Source of the DNA: a virus
Taxonomy: Duplodnaviria > Caudoviricetes
Virus record (IMG/VR): IMGVR_UViG_3300024279_000009
Location: 1 to 63,449 of that record
Strand: one strand, 5' to 3'
Length of the DNA stretch: 63,449 nt
The notes beneath the pieces were generated by a model. That model ran no database searches and was not told the origin of the DNA. It saw only the letters and a list, made by a program, of their open reading frames with translations. Shown here piece by piece: positions 25,847 through 35,716 of this stretch (its first letter is position 1; every line of letters begins with the position of its first letter). The position numbers and the translations under genes were made by a program.

Positions 25847-26428
25847 ATGGGCGTAATGCCGCAGAGAAAACCCGAGCTTGACGCCACGAAGGTCCCAAGT
25901 GGACTTGAGGTGGCGTGGGCTGCCGGAGTCTACGAAGGAGAGGGCACCTGCCGAAATGCCGGAAAGACGAAGCGCGGCATTATGATTAGCGTCACGCAAA
26001 AGGACCCGGAAATCCTTCACCGCCTCCGAGATCTATTTGGCGGAAGTGTTCGGGACAACGGAACCGGAAATGGAATCCATGTCTGGGATGCTTGCGGAGA
26101 TCGTGCCCGCGTTTTTCTCGGGATGATTTATGAGTGGCTTAGTGCTCGTCGCAAGACGCAAGTGGACGCAACCGGAGCGCTTGAATTTTTGCAAGGAGTC
26201 TCTCCTCAAGGGAAGTCTCAGGCGGAGTTGCGGGATGCTTTGTTAGCTCATTACGAGCGGCATTTCCGTGACAAGTATGTAGACAACAACTCTTCCCGTC
26301 GTGAGAGATACCAGGAGAGGATGAAGAACGAGATCGGTTATGCCGAGAAGGTTCGAGCATCAGGGAAAGCATCCCGCGAAAGGAAAAAGCAACGCATAGA
26401 GAATGGCTCTCTTTTCGCTATTGCGTAG
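25847..26428 (+). mobile_element. Free-standing LAGLIDADG-type homing endonuclease gene
   Basis: AWAAGVYEGEG helix followed by ISVTQKDPEILHRLRDLFGG. Confidence 0.8.
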
Positions 26429-26447
26429 CTGAAGGAAGGAACACAAT

Positions 26448-27680
26448 ATGGCCGACCCACTCTACAATGAAATTGACGCCAGTAACCTCGAAAGTGTGAG
26501 GCGCAATGTAGTATTCAACAACCTTTTCGTCGACACCCCTTTCCAGCAGAAGCTTCGCAGGGCGGGCGTGTGGGATCCTTTCCTGGGCGGCTCTGGCATG
26601 ATGGAAGGGTTCGTCTACGGTCGAGTCCAGGGTGCTGCGGTAGCGCCGGGATCGACGGTGACGGTGACTCGCCAGCAACTCAACACGGGCATGAAGTTCC
26701 TGCCGAAGGCTTACGTCTCGTGGGCGCCGCTGGACGATTGGGAGCTTGACGACGGCTCGGGAACGGGTGGCGTCATCAACTCAGGTCCGGCGATGATCGC
26801 CAACCAGTATCAGATCATCATGGAGAACATGACCATGACGATCAACACGATGCTGGAGATGGACTCCTTCCGGCATGGGCAGGCGAACGGCACGGGCGTT
26901 TCGGACAATCGCATCTTGAACTCGAACGGCATGGACGAAGCGCTGAACAACGGCATTGACCCATCGCCCTTTGGGAACATCTACAGCACCTACGGCGGGC
27001 AGACGCGCAACGCGAACATTGGCGTGGCGCTTAACTCGACTCCGCTGTGGTGCGGCAATTCTTCCGGGGCGGTCGGCCAGATCGACTTCAACGTCCTGAC
27101 GCGCTTGTGGGGACAGTGCGTGGTTACTGGGGGCAAGCCTGACCTGGGGATCACCAACGTCCTTGGATTCGTGGCGATCGCCAATGCGCTCGACGCGCAA
27201 CGCCGCGACGTGTCCAACAAGAACCATGACATCCAGTGGGACGGCCTGACGTTCAACGGAATCGACATTTACGCCGATCCATTGGCACCTTCGGCCTTGG
27301 CTGGCGACTTCATCGCGTTGGCGCCGGCGTCCGGCGCCGCGGGAAACACGAACCTGGCGGATGGCGCGGGCGTAAGCACGCAGACCAGCACCTTCACGAC
27401 CCCGCAGTACACGTCGGGCGGAGCCAACGTATCGACGTCGGCCACGGGTTCCAACTTCCCCAGCACGACGGTTTGCACGGTAGGAGAGGTGCTTTACTTC
27501 CTGGAGTCGGGCAGCTTCAAGATTCGTCCGACGAACAAGAAGGGCTGGAACTACGGCCTGCGCCGGTCCCCGATGCCGAACAACGTGTCGATGGATGCCT
27601 TGTTCATGCGCCTGGGAACCAACCTTTACAATTCAATGCCCCGGCACAATGCGGTTGCCATGGGCTTCACTGCCGGCTAA
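26448..27680 (+). CDS. Major capsid protein
   Basis: 410 aa, strong ribosome-binding site, biased codon use, follows scaffold; GGKPDLGIT, LTFNGIDIYADP and LYFL motifs. Confidence 0.85.
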   Translation: MADPLYNEIDASNLESVRRNVVFNNLFVDTPFQQKLRRAGVWDPFLGGSGMMEGFVYGRVQGAAVAPGSTVTVTRQQLNTGMKFLPKAYVSWAPLDDWELDDGSGTGGVINSGPAMIANQYQIIMENMTMTINTMLEMDSFRHGQANGTGVSDNRILNSNGMDEALNNGIDPSPFGNIYSTYGGQTRNANIGVALNSTPLWCGNSSGAVGQIDFNVLTRLWGQCVVTGGKPDLGITNVLGFVAIANALDAQRRDVSNKNHDIQWDGLTFNGIDIYADPLAPSALAGDFIALAPASGAAGNTNLADGAGVSTQTSTFTTPQYTSGGANVSTSATGSNFPSTTVCTVGEVLYFLESGSFKIRPTNKKGWNYGLRRSPMPNNVSMDALFMRLGTNLYNSMPRHNAVAMGFTAG

Positions 27681-27692
27681 GAGGAGAACACA

Positions 27693-28286
27693 ATGCCTTA
27701 TGATCCGACTCTGGTAACTTGGAAAGCGCTTAATGCCGCGAATGACGCCACGGCAACAGGTCTTCAGGACCTCCGCACCGGGGCGACTGAATACGGCGGC
27801 GCGCTGAACTCGGGCATGTACTTCGACCTGACGGAGACGCAGGCCGCGCAGTTATCGAACACGACCACAGGAACCCTACACGCCGGTCGCTACCGCCGCG
27901 TGCAAGTGGACTCAGGGGCGACGGCTTCGAACGTCAAGACCGGGGCAATCGGCCTGATGGTCGCGGGCGGCCAGCCGCAACTGAACCTCGTCACGAGCTA
28001 CGACAAGGGCATTGTCGGCGCGCACGCGGTCATCTTCCTGAACTCGATCACTCCGGGCAACTGGGGATTCGTGCAGGAATTGGGCATCGCCACGGTGCTG
28101 ATGGGAGCGACGTTAGAGAAGGCTGCGCCGGCCAGCGGCGATCTCATTAACTCGACCACGCTTGGGGTGGGACAAGACAACACCTTGCAGGAATTCGTGC
28201 CGGCCTCCATCGGTATCGCGCTGTCGCCGCCAAGTCCGAACACGAAGGGACTGGTCCTGCTGACGTTGCCGGTTCTGCAAGGCTAA
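27693..28286 (+). CDS. Capsid decoration/cement protein
   Basis: Follows the capsid gene; YRRVQV and GNWGFVQELGIATV beta-rich pattern. Confidence 0.65.
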   Translation: MPYDPTLVTWKALNAANDATATGLQDLRTGATEYGGALNSGMYFDLTETQAAQLSNTTTGTLHAGRYRRVQVDSGATASNVKTGAIGLMVAGGQPQLNLVTSYDKGIVGAHAVIFLNSITPGNWGFVQELGIATVLMGATLEKAAPASGDLINSTTLGVGQDNTLQEFVPASIGIALSPPSPNTKGLVLLTLPVLQG

Positions 28287-28295
28287 GGAGGCACG

Positions 28296-28619
28296 ATGAC
28301 ACTGACATTGCTTACGGGGTACCCGGACAAGATCGGCAAACGGTTCGCATGGTGTGGATCAGGGTCGGGGCCATCTTCCTACAACTCGACCACTGGCGAT
28401 GCGATTACGCTGCCCGGGTTCCAGAACCAGATCGATTCGATCGCCAATGCTCTCACGGTGAGCAAGACTTACCTCGTAATGGCTGTGCCGGCCACGGTTG
28501 GTAAGCGGCCGACTTGGGTGCTGCGGTGGTACACGCGTTCGAGCGCCGTGGAAGTGGTCAACGGTACGGACTTGTCGGCTGAGAAGGTCCAACTGTTTGG
28601 ATTTGGCGGAACCTACTGA
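28296..28619 (+). CDS. Virion structural protein
   Basis: AGGAGG site; EVVNGTDLS motif; capsid operon. Confidence 0.65.
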   Translation: MTLTLLTGYPDKIGKRFAWCGSGSGPSSYNSTTGDAITLPGFQNQIDSIANALTVSKTYLVMAVPATVGKRPTWVLRWYTRSSAVEVVNGTDLSAEKVQLFGFGGTY

Positions 28620-28651
28620 TGTGAGGATTTCTCCCCGTTTAGCGGCGGATC

Positions 28652-28690
28652 AGGCACTTGTGGCTCACGCTGCAAGTGCCTTCCGTGTTT
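28652..28690 (+). terminator. Hairpin after the capsid genes
   Basis: AGGCACTTGTGGC-tcac-GCTGCAAGTGCCT, then a partly T-rich tract. Confidence 0.65.
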
Positions 28691-28698
28691 AGGGACAT

Positions 28699-29697
28699 AT
28701 GAGCTTTGCTGATCTCAAATTTCGATTGGTTGGCGAGGTGCCCGGGATTCCTATGCCCTTGGCCGGGACGCTCATCAACGAGGCTTTGGGGCGCATCTAC
28801 GATAGCCAATTGTGGTCCTTTCAGATTGGGGAGTCGAACTGGCTGACGCCGGGGTTGCTGTTTTCAAGTGGGACGCAGAGCGCAGGAACGATCACGGCGA
28901 CAGTGGCATCCGATCAGATTGTAGGGGATGCGACGGCGGCGGCGTTGTGGGCGGCTTACTCCGGACTCCCCTTCTTGACTGAGTGCCAACTTCGTAGCCC
29001 TACTCGCAGTTTGTACAACATCGTGGCTTTCGACGGAGCCGCCACATTAACGCTGGACCGGCCGTGGATGGAGCCTGGAGGAACTGGGCTGGCCTACATG
29101 ATCTATCAGGCCTACTTCCCGGCTCCCGTGGCTGACTTCAAGAGGTTCTTCGCGGTGCGGGATACGACGAATGCGGCACCATTGTCTTACTGGACGTATT
29201 CGCAGCGCGATCTGGCGATGCTCGACCCGCAACGGACGAACTTCAACAATCCGGCCTACGTGGTTCCGTATGAGACTGACAAGCGGGTAGGCAGCGCGAC
29301 GTTGGGGTACCTGCTCCTTGAATTATGGCCGCAACCATTGGGGATCTTGCCTTACACGTTCTCTTACCTTCGTCGCGGGCCGCTGCTGTCTGCCAATACG
29401 GATACGGTGCCGACTCCCTTGACTGAGGAATTGCTCATGTGGCGAGCGAAGGAAGTGGCGTACCAGTGGAAGGAATCTCAGAAGGGCGACGGGATGCAGC
29501 GCGGCTCAGGTGCCGACTGGCGTTTCCTTGCAGAGTCAGCGAAGCGCGAGTTTGACAATGAGCATAAGGTCATCAGGGACTTAGACCGCGATCTCTACGA
29601 CTTGTACTTTGATCGCTACGTGCGGAACACTTCTTTGGGATGGGCAGGGGCCCCATTCGCTACGATTACGGGCTCTTTGAATGTCGGAAGAATGTAA
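28699..29697 (+). CDS. Head-tail adaptor-like protein
   Basis: LINEALGRIYDSQLWSF N-terminal helix and LELWPQP motif of podovirus adaptors. Confidence 0.7.
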   Translation: MSFADLKFRLVGEVPGIPMPLAGTLINEALGRIYDSQLWSFQIGESNWLTPGLLFSSGTQSAGTITATVASDQIVGDATAAALWAAYSGLPFLTECQLRSPTRSLYNIVAFDGAATLTLDRPWMEPGGTGLAYMIYQAYFPAPVADFKRFFAVRDTTNAAPLSYWTYSQRDLAMLDPQRTNFNNPAYVVPYETDKRVGSATLGYLLLELWPQPLGILPYTFSYLRRGPLLSANTDTVPTPLTEELLMWRAKEVAYQWKESQKGDGMQRGSGADWRFLAESAKREFDNEHKVIRDLDRDLYDLYFDRYVRNTSLGWAGAPFATITGSLNVGRM

Positions 29698-29706
29698 CGG
29701 AGGAAT

Positions 29707-30105
29707 ATGGCAGCACAAACAACTTACCAGCAGCCCGGGTTCTACAACTCAGTTCCAGCGCGATTGATTAACGCGAACAAGGAGTACTTCGCGTTGCAGA
29801 ATCAAGCCGGGGCTGCGGGGCAGTCGAGCGTTGCGTTCATCCTGGAACGCCAGAAGTCTGCGTTCTATCCGTTCGGATACTCCGTGGAGATTTCTTTCTC
29901 GGGACCGCCAGGGACATTCGAGGTTGACTTGCAGCACGCCGACACGGATACCGATGCTTCGTATGTGACCCAGGCGGCGGTGAGCAGCGTGAACGCTTCG
30001 AATGTCGCGCGCTACGAGATGGCAATTTGCTTCACGAAGTTCGTTCGAGTCAAGGTAGCGACGCTGACGAACAACGTGAACATCACTGTGAAGGTGACGC
30101 GATGA
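29707..30105 (+). CDS. Beta-rich virion protein
   Basis: GGAGG site; FVRVKV C-terminal pattern. Confidence 0.65.
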   Translation: MAAQTTYQQPGFYNSVPARLINANKEYFALQNQAGAAGQSSVAFILERQKSAFYPFGYSVEISFSGPPGTFEVDLQHADTDTDASYVTQAAVSSVNASNVARYEMAICFTKFVRVKVATLTNNVNITVKVTR

Positions 30106-32462
30106 AGAAAGCACTTCTGGCGGTTCTGTTGGTTGCTTCGTGGTGTGGAGCGCAGATTGGGAACGTTACGGCAAACCGGATCGTCGGAGGAACGAAGCCG
30201 ACCGTCTGCAATGCTGGACCTCCAGCAGACGTTTGGGTGGATACGACCGTGACGCCTCCGGTGTTCAACGTGTGTGGACCTAGCAACACTTGGAATGCTG
30301 TTAGCGGTGGTGGAGGCGGGGGTGGAGGGACTAGCTCACTGACCCTTAATTCCACAATGTCCTATCTGCCAGCAGCAATACCCGCTGGCAATCCCGGATT
30401 TTACGCTCCCAGCGCCACTGCACTGACTCCATCTGGATCATTCACTATTTGCGGCTGGGAGATCCCAAGCCATGGTGGAGGAAATGTCCTCACGTATCAG
30501 AAGGATTTTGGGACGACTGGTTTCGCCCTTGGTGGACCTTATGTGGGAGTGTGGTACGTCATCACGCACAATTTCGATACTCTTTTATCCTCTAGCACAC
30601 CCATCGTATACGGACAACTTACTCTCGTCTGTGGAATGGTGGATAAGACGGGGGGCACGATTGGAATATCTATTAATGGTGGCGCTTTCGAAACTACGTC
30701 ATACGGAGGTAACACACCCTCATTTTCCACTGGCAATATTTTCCTTGGGCAGCCATCGGTGGGGTTACTCGGCCGATGGGGTATTTGGTCCAAAGTCCTT
30801 TCCTCTTCGGAACTGACGGAACTTTACAACAATAGGATTCCTCGCCGGTTTTCCGAAATCCCTTCTACGAGCACCCTTAAGACCAGCGTCAACGCTTGGT
30901 GGGACCTTGACGGGCAAAGTGGAGCGCAGGCCGATTCTAGCGGCAACGGAAACTACATGATGCCGGTGTTGGACAACGTTCAACAAGAAACCTCGAATCA
31001 GGTTGTCAATATGGTGTGCCTGGGAGACTCGCTCACGTATGGATACGACGGCGCCCTGAGTGGTCTGGCGATCCGTAGTTATTGCACGCAGGTGGCTCCT
31101 GGTTTGAGCGGCACTTCTTGGAAGTCACAAAACTACGGCAGGAACGGGGCTTCGACCCCTACGATTATTAGCGATCTGTTGCCGCTGGCGCAGTATACGC
31201 TGAATCGTCCAGAAACCACGAATCTAGCTAACCTCTGGATCGGAACGAATGATTGTGATGCTGGTACAGCGGTTGGAACAATAGAGACGAACATTACGAC
31301 GATCGTCTCTACCTTGCAGGGATACGGTTACAAGGTCGCCATCCTAACGATCACTCCATATGGCGGGGCCGGGAAGAACCCTGGCTTTGACGCTTGCAGA
31401 GCTGCTTTGAACACTTGGATACTGGCCAATAGCGCTGCCGCCGATTACGTGATCGACAGCGGTGACGCTGCGGCCTTGTCCGACCCAAGCAACACCACCT
31501 ATTACAGCACCGACAAACTGCATTTGACCGAAGTTGGGCAGGCCGTAGTCGCCGCTCTTGTGTTCGCTGGCGTTAGCAGCATCGCTCCCACTGGACCAAG
31601 TTTGCAACCTCCGGGTGTGGCATCCCTTGACCAGCTTACTATCACTTCGCACATCAGAGCTACCAGGATAGCTTGCGACAACCTGAGCGCCTACTTGGTC
31701 GTAAAGATTACAACCACGGATTGCGTCACAACAGCGACTACCGGAGACGCGCTGGCTTTTGGGATTGTCCAGGATGGCGTCCCAGCGGGATATACCGCGC
31801 ACGTTGCTGTTGCGGGCGAGGCGCTTGTATTGTTGCCAGCCCTGACGACCATCGGCCATTTGATGGGAATTGGGGCGAGCGGTGTTCTGGTGGATCTACG
31901 GACCTCCGACATCACCGTTGTACCAGCATCCACTTTCATTATCGGCGTGGCTCTTGAGTCCCTAGGTACTTCTGGACAAGTTGGGCGCATCGCGCTGCTT
32001 CTGTCTCAGGGTCGCGGACCGGCGCTATTGGCGGTGTCGACCCAAAATAACCGCACTAATGCCACGTTCGCGAATGTGACGTTCAGCGCCACGCCGCCAA
32101 CGCTGGTGCTTGGGCGCACATACGATTGCCGGGCGGACTTCTATGTAACCGCCGAAGCGACGGATGGGCAGAAGTATGATTGGAATGGTGGAACTGTAGC
32201 GGCGTCATCCTTCATTTCGACCAACACCATCCTGGACAACACGACCAATGTTTTTGACTTCACCTCGCGCACGACTGCCTTGAGCACAGCGATCGCCTTA
32301 GCTGGGAATACCCAGACGGTGTTCCATGTGCAGTTGAACGCCACGATCACAACCAGCAACGATGGGACGCTAATTCCTAGGTTCGCCAAGAATGCGGCTG
32401 CGAACGGAAACAATTCCTCCATTCTAGTTGGCAGTAAATATAGCTGCATAGCTATTCCCTGA
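30102..32462 (+). CDS. Secreted LamG-like + SGNH/GDSL hydrolase fibre-type protein
   Basis: Signal peptide MKKALLAVLLVASWCGA-Q; FTICGW...IWSKVLSSSELTELYN LamG pattern; GDSLT, GRNG, IGTND and DKLH SGNH blocks. Confidence 0.85.
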   Translation: MKKALLAVLLVASWCGAQIGNVTANRIVGGTKPTVCNAGPPADVWVDTTVTPPVFNVCGPSNTWNAVSGGGGGGGGTSSLTLNSTMSYLPAAIPAGNPGFYAPSATALTPSGSFTICGWEIPSHGGGNVLTYQKDFGTTGFALGGPYVGVWYVITHNFDTLLSSSTPIVYGQLTLVCGMVDKTGGTIGISINGGAFETTSYGGNTPSFSTGNIFLGQPSVGLLGRWGIWSKVLSSSELTELYNNRIPRRFSEIPSTSTLKTSVNAWWDLDGQSGAQADSSGNGNYMMPVLDNVQQETSNQVVNMVCLGDSLTYGYDGALSGLAIRSYCTQVAPGLSGTSWKSQNYGRNGASTPTIISDLLPLAQYTLNRPETTNLANLWIGTNDCDAGTAVGTIETNITTIVSTLQGYGYKVAILTITPYGGAGKNPGFDACRAALNTWILANSAAADYVIDSGDAAALSDPSNTTYYSTDKLHLTEVGQAVVAALVFAGVSSIAPTGPSLQPPGVASLDQLTITSHIRATRIACDNLSAYLVVKITTTDCVTTATTGDALAFGIVQDGVPAGYTAHVAVAGEALVLLPALTTIGHLMGIGASGVLVDLRTSDITVVPASTFIIGVALESLGTSGQVGRIALLLSQGRGPALLAVSTQNNRTNATFANVTFSATPPTLVLGRTYDCRADFYVTAEATDGQKYDWNGGTVAASSFISTNTILDNTTNVFDFTSRTTALSTAIALAGNTQTVFHVQLNATITTSNDGTLIPRFAKNAAANGNNSSILVGSKYSCIAIP

Positions 32463-32464
32463 GC

Positions 32465-32755
32465 ATGCCACAGACGTACACTTTCGACGTAGACAACAGC
32501 GGAACTCCTGAGTCCATTGTGACGCAGTCATTTTGCAACCGCATAATCATCTACGAGAACGACCAGAACGGGACAACAGACTACGTCTTGAGGTACCCGA
32601 GCAGTAGTAGCCCAGCGATCACGAGGCCGGCCGGATCAAAGACCGAGATAACACTGAACGGTAAGACACAGGCTGGCAACACGGTCGGATTCATCGCCAC
32701 AGTGACCGGAACAGTAACCTTCGCTCAGGAGGAGTATCTCGATGAAGATCGCTGA
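32465..32755 (+). CDS. Small beta-rich virion-associated protein
   Basis: In the operon; beta-strand pattern. Confidence 0.6.
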   Translation: MPQTYTFDVDNSGTPESIVTQSFCNRIIIYENDQNGTTDYVLRYPSSSSPAITRPAGSKTEITLNGKTQAGNTVGFIATVTGTVTFAQEEYLDEDR

Positions 32756-35216
32756 GCCGAATGGATTACTACTGGAGCATCTGAAAGCGATGGGAGTATC
32801 CCATGCGCGCGATTTGGAATTTGATGATGCAGAGGTGCGCGATCGCGTTAAGCGCGCGGCCAAGCATCATCCAGAGGAGTCCGAGCCTGAAATTGAGGCG
32901 CGTGTCATTGCTCGGATGGCTTGCAGGCAACACGGAATCGTAAACCTGGAATCCGTGCCGATCGTAAAGCGGGAAACTGCCTTCAACCAAGAGCACCTTC
33001 GTCAGAACAGAGAGCACCAGTACGCACTTGAAAAGCACCAACAGGCCCTGGCTGAGAATCTCCCGAAGAACACGGATGCGATTCTCAAGTCCTCGGAGGC
33101 AGTAAGGCAAGCCATCATTCTGTCCACGGCTGAAACGTGCTCTGAACTAGTTAAGTTGGAAGAGGCGGTAGGGATAAGTGGAAAGAGTTTTTCTTCAGCA
33201 ACAACGGGCGTGGCAAGCGTTATAGCGGAGGCATTCCGCGGGATCGAAAGGCTGCATGATGAGAACGTTAAGCGGCAGTCAGAACTATTGGCCGCAGTGA
33301 CCGCAATAGCCAAGAGGGCGATGTGGCTCGCTGGTGGCTACCTGCTGGTCATCTTAGGTATTCTGATTGCCCTGTTGGTCTTCAGCGTCAAGGCGCATGC
33401 CCAGGTTGATGTCATCCAGTGGATGAACTCCAGCAACGTGCTGGTCAAGTCCTACGCGGCGCCGTTCAAGGTCAAAGAGGGATCGAACATCACCTTTTCC
33501 ATTGGGGCGTGTCCTGGACCGACGTGTAACTGGCTCGTTATCACTGGCTCTGGGGCTGCGGGAACGGTCACTTCCGTCAGCGGCTTGGTACCCTTGTTCA
33601 CAGTATCGAACCCGACGACGACACCGACGTTTGCGCTTTCGAATGCCGCGGCGCATACGGTATTTGGGAACAACACGGCGGGATCTGCCGCGCCAGCCTA
33701 TTTCGTACCGGCCTGTGATGATCTTTCTAATGGGGCTACGGGCTGCTCGACTACGGTAGGGGCAGCGGCGACACACGGCGCTAGCACGACAGTCAACGGG
33801 CAGACCTGTACGCTGGATGGGTCCTGCACGGTAACAGCAACTCCTTCTGGAGTCGTGTCGCTTGCTCTCGGCGGGACGAGCGCGGCGCTTACGGCTGACC
33901 TGGGCGGCATCTTCTACTCCACGGCGACGGCGGGCGCGATTCTGGCTTCGACAGCGACGGCGAACAAGATTCTATTATCTGGAGCATCAGCCGCGCCAGT
34001 TTGGAGCACGCCGACGTTCCCGAACGCCTCCGCAACTGCCGGGAAGTACATCAAAAGCGACGGAACGAACTGGATAGCGTCAACCGGATCGGCCAGCGGG
34101 ACAGGGTCCTGTACGAATCAGGCGGTCACGGCGACGAGTAGCGATGCCGCGCCGACCTGCACGACGCTAACGAGCGCCTACGTGGACACGTCAGTATTGA
34201 CCACGAGCACGACGGCTACTGGGATCGAGGCTCCGTTATTCTGTACCGACGCGGGCGCGAACGATACGTATGCCTGCAACCTTTCACCGGCTATCGCCTC
34301 GTACGTGACCGGAACGCACTACCGCTTCAAGGCGAACACGGCGAACACCGGGGCTGCGAGCATCAACTTCAACTCGAAGGGAGCGTTGACGATCAAGAAG
34401 GCGGCTGGGGGAATCACTACCGATCTTGCCGATAACGACATCCGCGCAGGGCAGTGGGTAGACGTGGTGTACGACGGAACGAACGCCCAGATGCAGAGCA
34501 CGTTGGGCAATGCGGCGGCTGGAAGCGGAACCGTAACTTCCATCGCCACGACCTCCCCGATCACAGGCGGAACGATCATGACCACGGGAACGATTGCATG
34601 TGCTACGTGCGTAACGAGCGCGGCGGCACTCACGAGCAATGCTGTAGTCATCGGCGGAGGATTGCAGGCTAGCTCTACGATTTCGGCAGATACCACCACG
34701 ACGCACGCTTTGTATGCTACTGCGGGCGCTCCGGCTTTCCGAGCGACCACTGCGGCAGACCTGCCGAGCGGCAGCGGCAAGGTGCTACTGAACAGCCAAG
34801 CAGCCAACGCGAGCATTTCGCTTGCAACCAACACCGACAATACGGTCTGCTCCTACACCCTTCCCGGCAACACCATCGGTACGAATCAAGGAGTGGAGTT
34901 CTGTATTGCTTGGCAGTCGTCGGCAGGGATCAGCTTGAGCAGCAAAATGTTCTTTGGGGCGACAAGCAGCAATAACAGTTCTTCCTCTACAGGGGAACTG
35001 CGGTCTTGTTGGCGCTTTGTGAATGGGGCCGCGACTAACGCCCAAGATAACTACAACATCGTTCCAGACACCCAGTTCTATTCGTCGCTCGGGACATACT
35101 TCTCTTCAGCCATCGACACAACGGCAAACGTGGTTATCAAGTTCACTCTGAACCCTGGAGCGACGAGCGGGAAAACGGTGAATCTACGTTCTTGTCAAAC
35201 GACGGTGCTCCAATGA
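32742..35216 (+). CDS. Fibre-like protein with helical N-domain and internal TM/signal segment
   Basis: TM at aa ~194-220 ending AHA-Q; GTVTSV/GTVTSI motifs; YRFKANTANTGAASINFNSKGALTIKK...DIRAGQWVDVVYDGT tail-fibre motif. Confidence 0.75.
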   Translation: MKIAEPNGLLLEHLKAMGVSHARDLEFDDAEVRDRVKRAAKHHPEESEPEIEARVIARMACRQHGIVNLESVPIVKRETAFNQEHLRQNREHQYALEKHQQALAENLPKNTDAILKSSEAVRQAIILSTAETCSELVKLEEAVGISGKSFSSATTGVASVIAEAFRGIERLHDENVKRQSELLAAVTAIAKRAMWLAGGYLLVILGILIALLVFSVKAHAQVDVIQWMNSSNVLVKSYAAPFKVKEGSNITFSIGACPGPTCNWLVITGSGAAGTVTSVSGLVPLFTVSNPTTTPTFALSNAAAHTVFGNNTAGSAAPAYFVPACDDLSNGATGCSTTVGAAATHGASTTVNGQTCTLDGSCTVTATPSGVVSLALGGTSAALTADLGGIFYSTATAGAILASTATANKILLSGASAAPVWSTPTFPNASATAGKYIKSDGTNWIASTGSASGTGSCTNQAVTATSSDAAPTCTTLTSAYVDTSVLTTSTTATGIEAPLFCTDAGANDTYACNLSPAIASYVTGTHYRFKANTANTGAASINFNSKGALTIKKAAGGITTDLADNDIRAGQWVDVVYDGTNAQMQSTLGNAAAGSGTVTSIATTSPITGGTIMTTGTIACATCVTSAAALTSNAVVIGGGLQASSTISADTTTTHALYATAGAPAFRATTAADLPSGSGKVLLNSQAANASISLATNTDNTVCSYTLPGNTIGTNQGVEFCIAWQSSAGISLSSKMFFGATSSNNSSSSTGELRSCWRFVNGAATNAQDNYNIVPDTQFYSSLGTYFSSAIDTTANVVIKFTLNPGATSGKTVNLRSCQTTVLQ

Positions 35217-35707
35217 GGAAGCTCTCTCTGATCCTGGTGCTCTTCTCAGCATTGGCTTCGGCGCAAGACACGACCATCACGGAGCGCGGCGGTACTCTGT
35301 TGCGAGTTGGCGCCAAGTCTCCGATCACGTTGACTGGAGCCGACGCCGATATGTTCAACGTGACCATCAAGGCTGGGCTGGTTCAACCTGGACAGTGCTA
35401 TTTCGGCATGGCGGCGCTCCAGCATACGACAGGAACTTCGAGCGTTACGTACAAGATTTCGGTCGGCGGAACGCAAGCGAACTTCGGAGCGAGTGCCGCC
35501 ACGACTCCTCTCGGAATGCGATTCTGGATCTGCAATGATCCTGTATCGCTGACTACCCAGACAGTGTTTATCGACGTTAGCGGGGTGTCGCTGACAGTCT
35601 TCTTCCCTGCGATCAACTTTGCCGCAGACGTGGTTCTGAAGATTCAAGCGAACGGCGCCAACACGCAAGCCATAACGCCCAAGATGTTTTACATGCGGCC
35701 AGATTAA
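35213..35707 (+). CDS. Secreted beta-sandwich-like protein
   Basis: Signal peptide MRKLSLILVLFSALASA-Q; C-terminus resembles the end of the preceding fibre. Confidence 0.7.
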   Translation: MRKLSLILVLFSALASAQDTTITERGGTLLRVGAKSPITLTGADADMFNVTIKAGLVQPGQCYFGMAALQHTTGTSSVTYKISVGGTQANFGASAATTPLGMRFWICNDPVSLTTQTVFIDVSGVSLTVFFPAINFAADVVLKIQANGANTQAITPKMFYMRPD

Positions 35708-35716
35708 GGAGGTCCT

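Noticed and set aside
25838-26447. Group I intron or intein around the LAGLIDADG ORF
   Set aside because: Both flanking genes are complete, and the spacers are too short for a ribozyme core.
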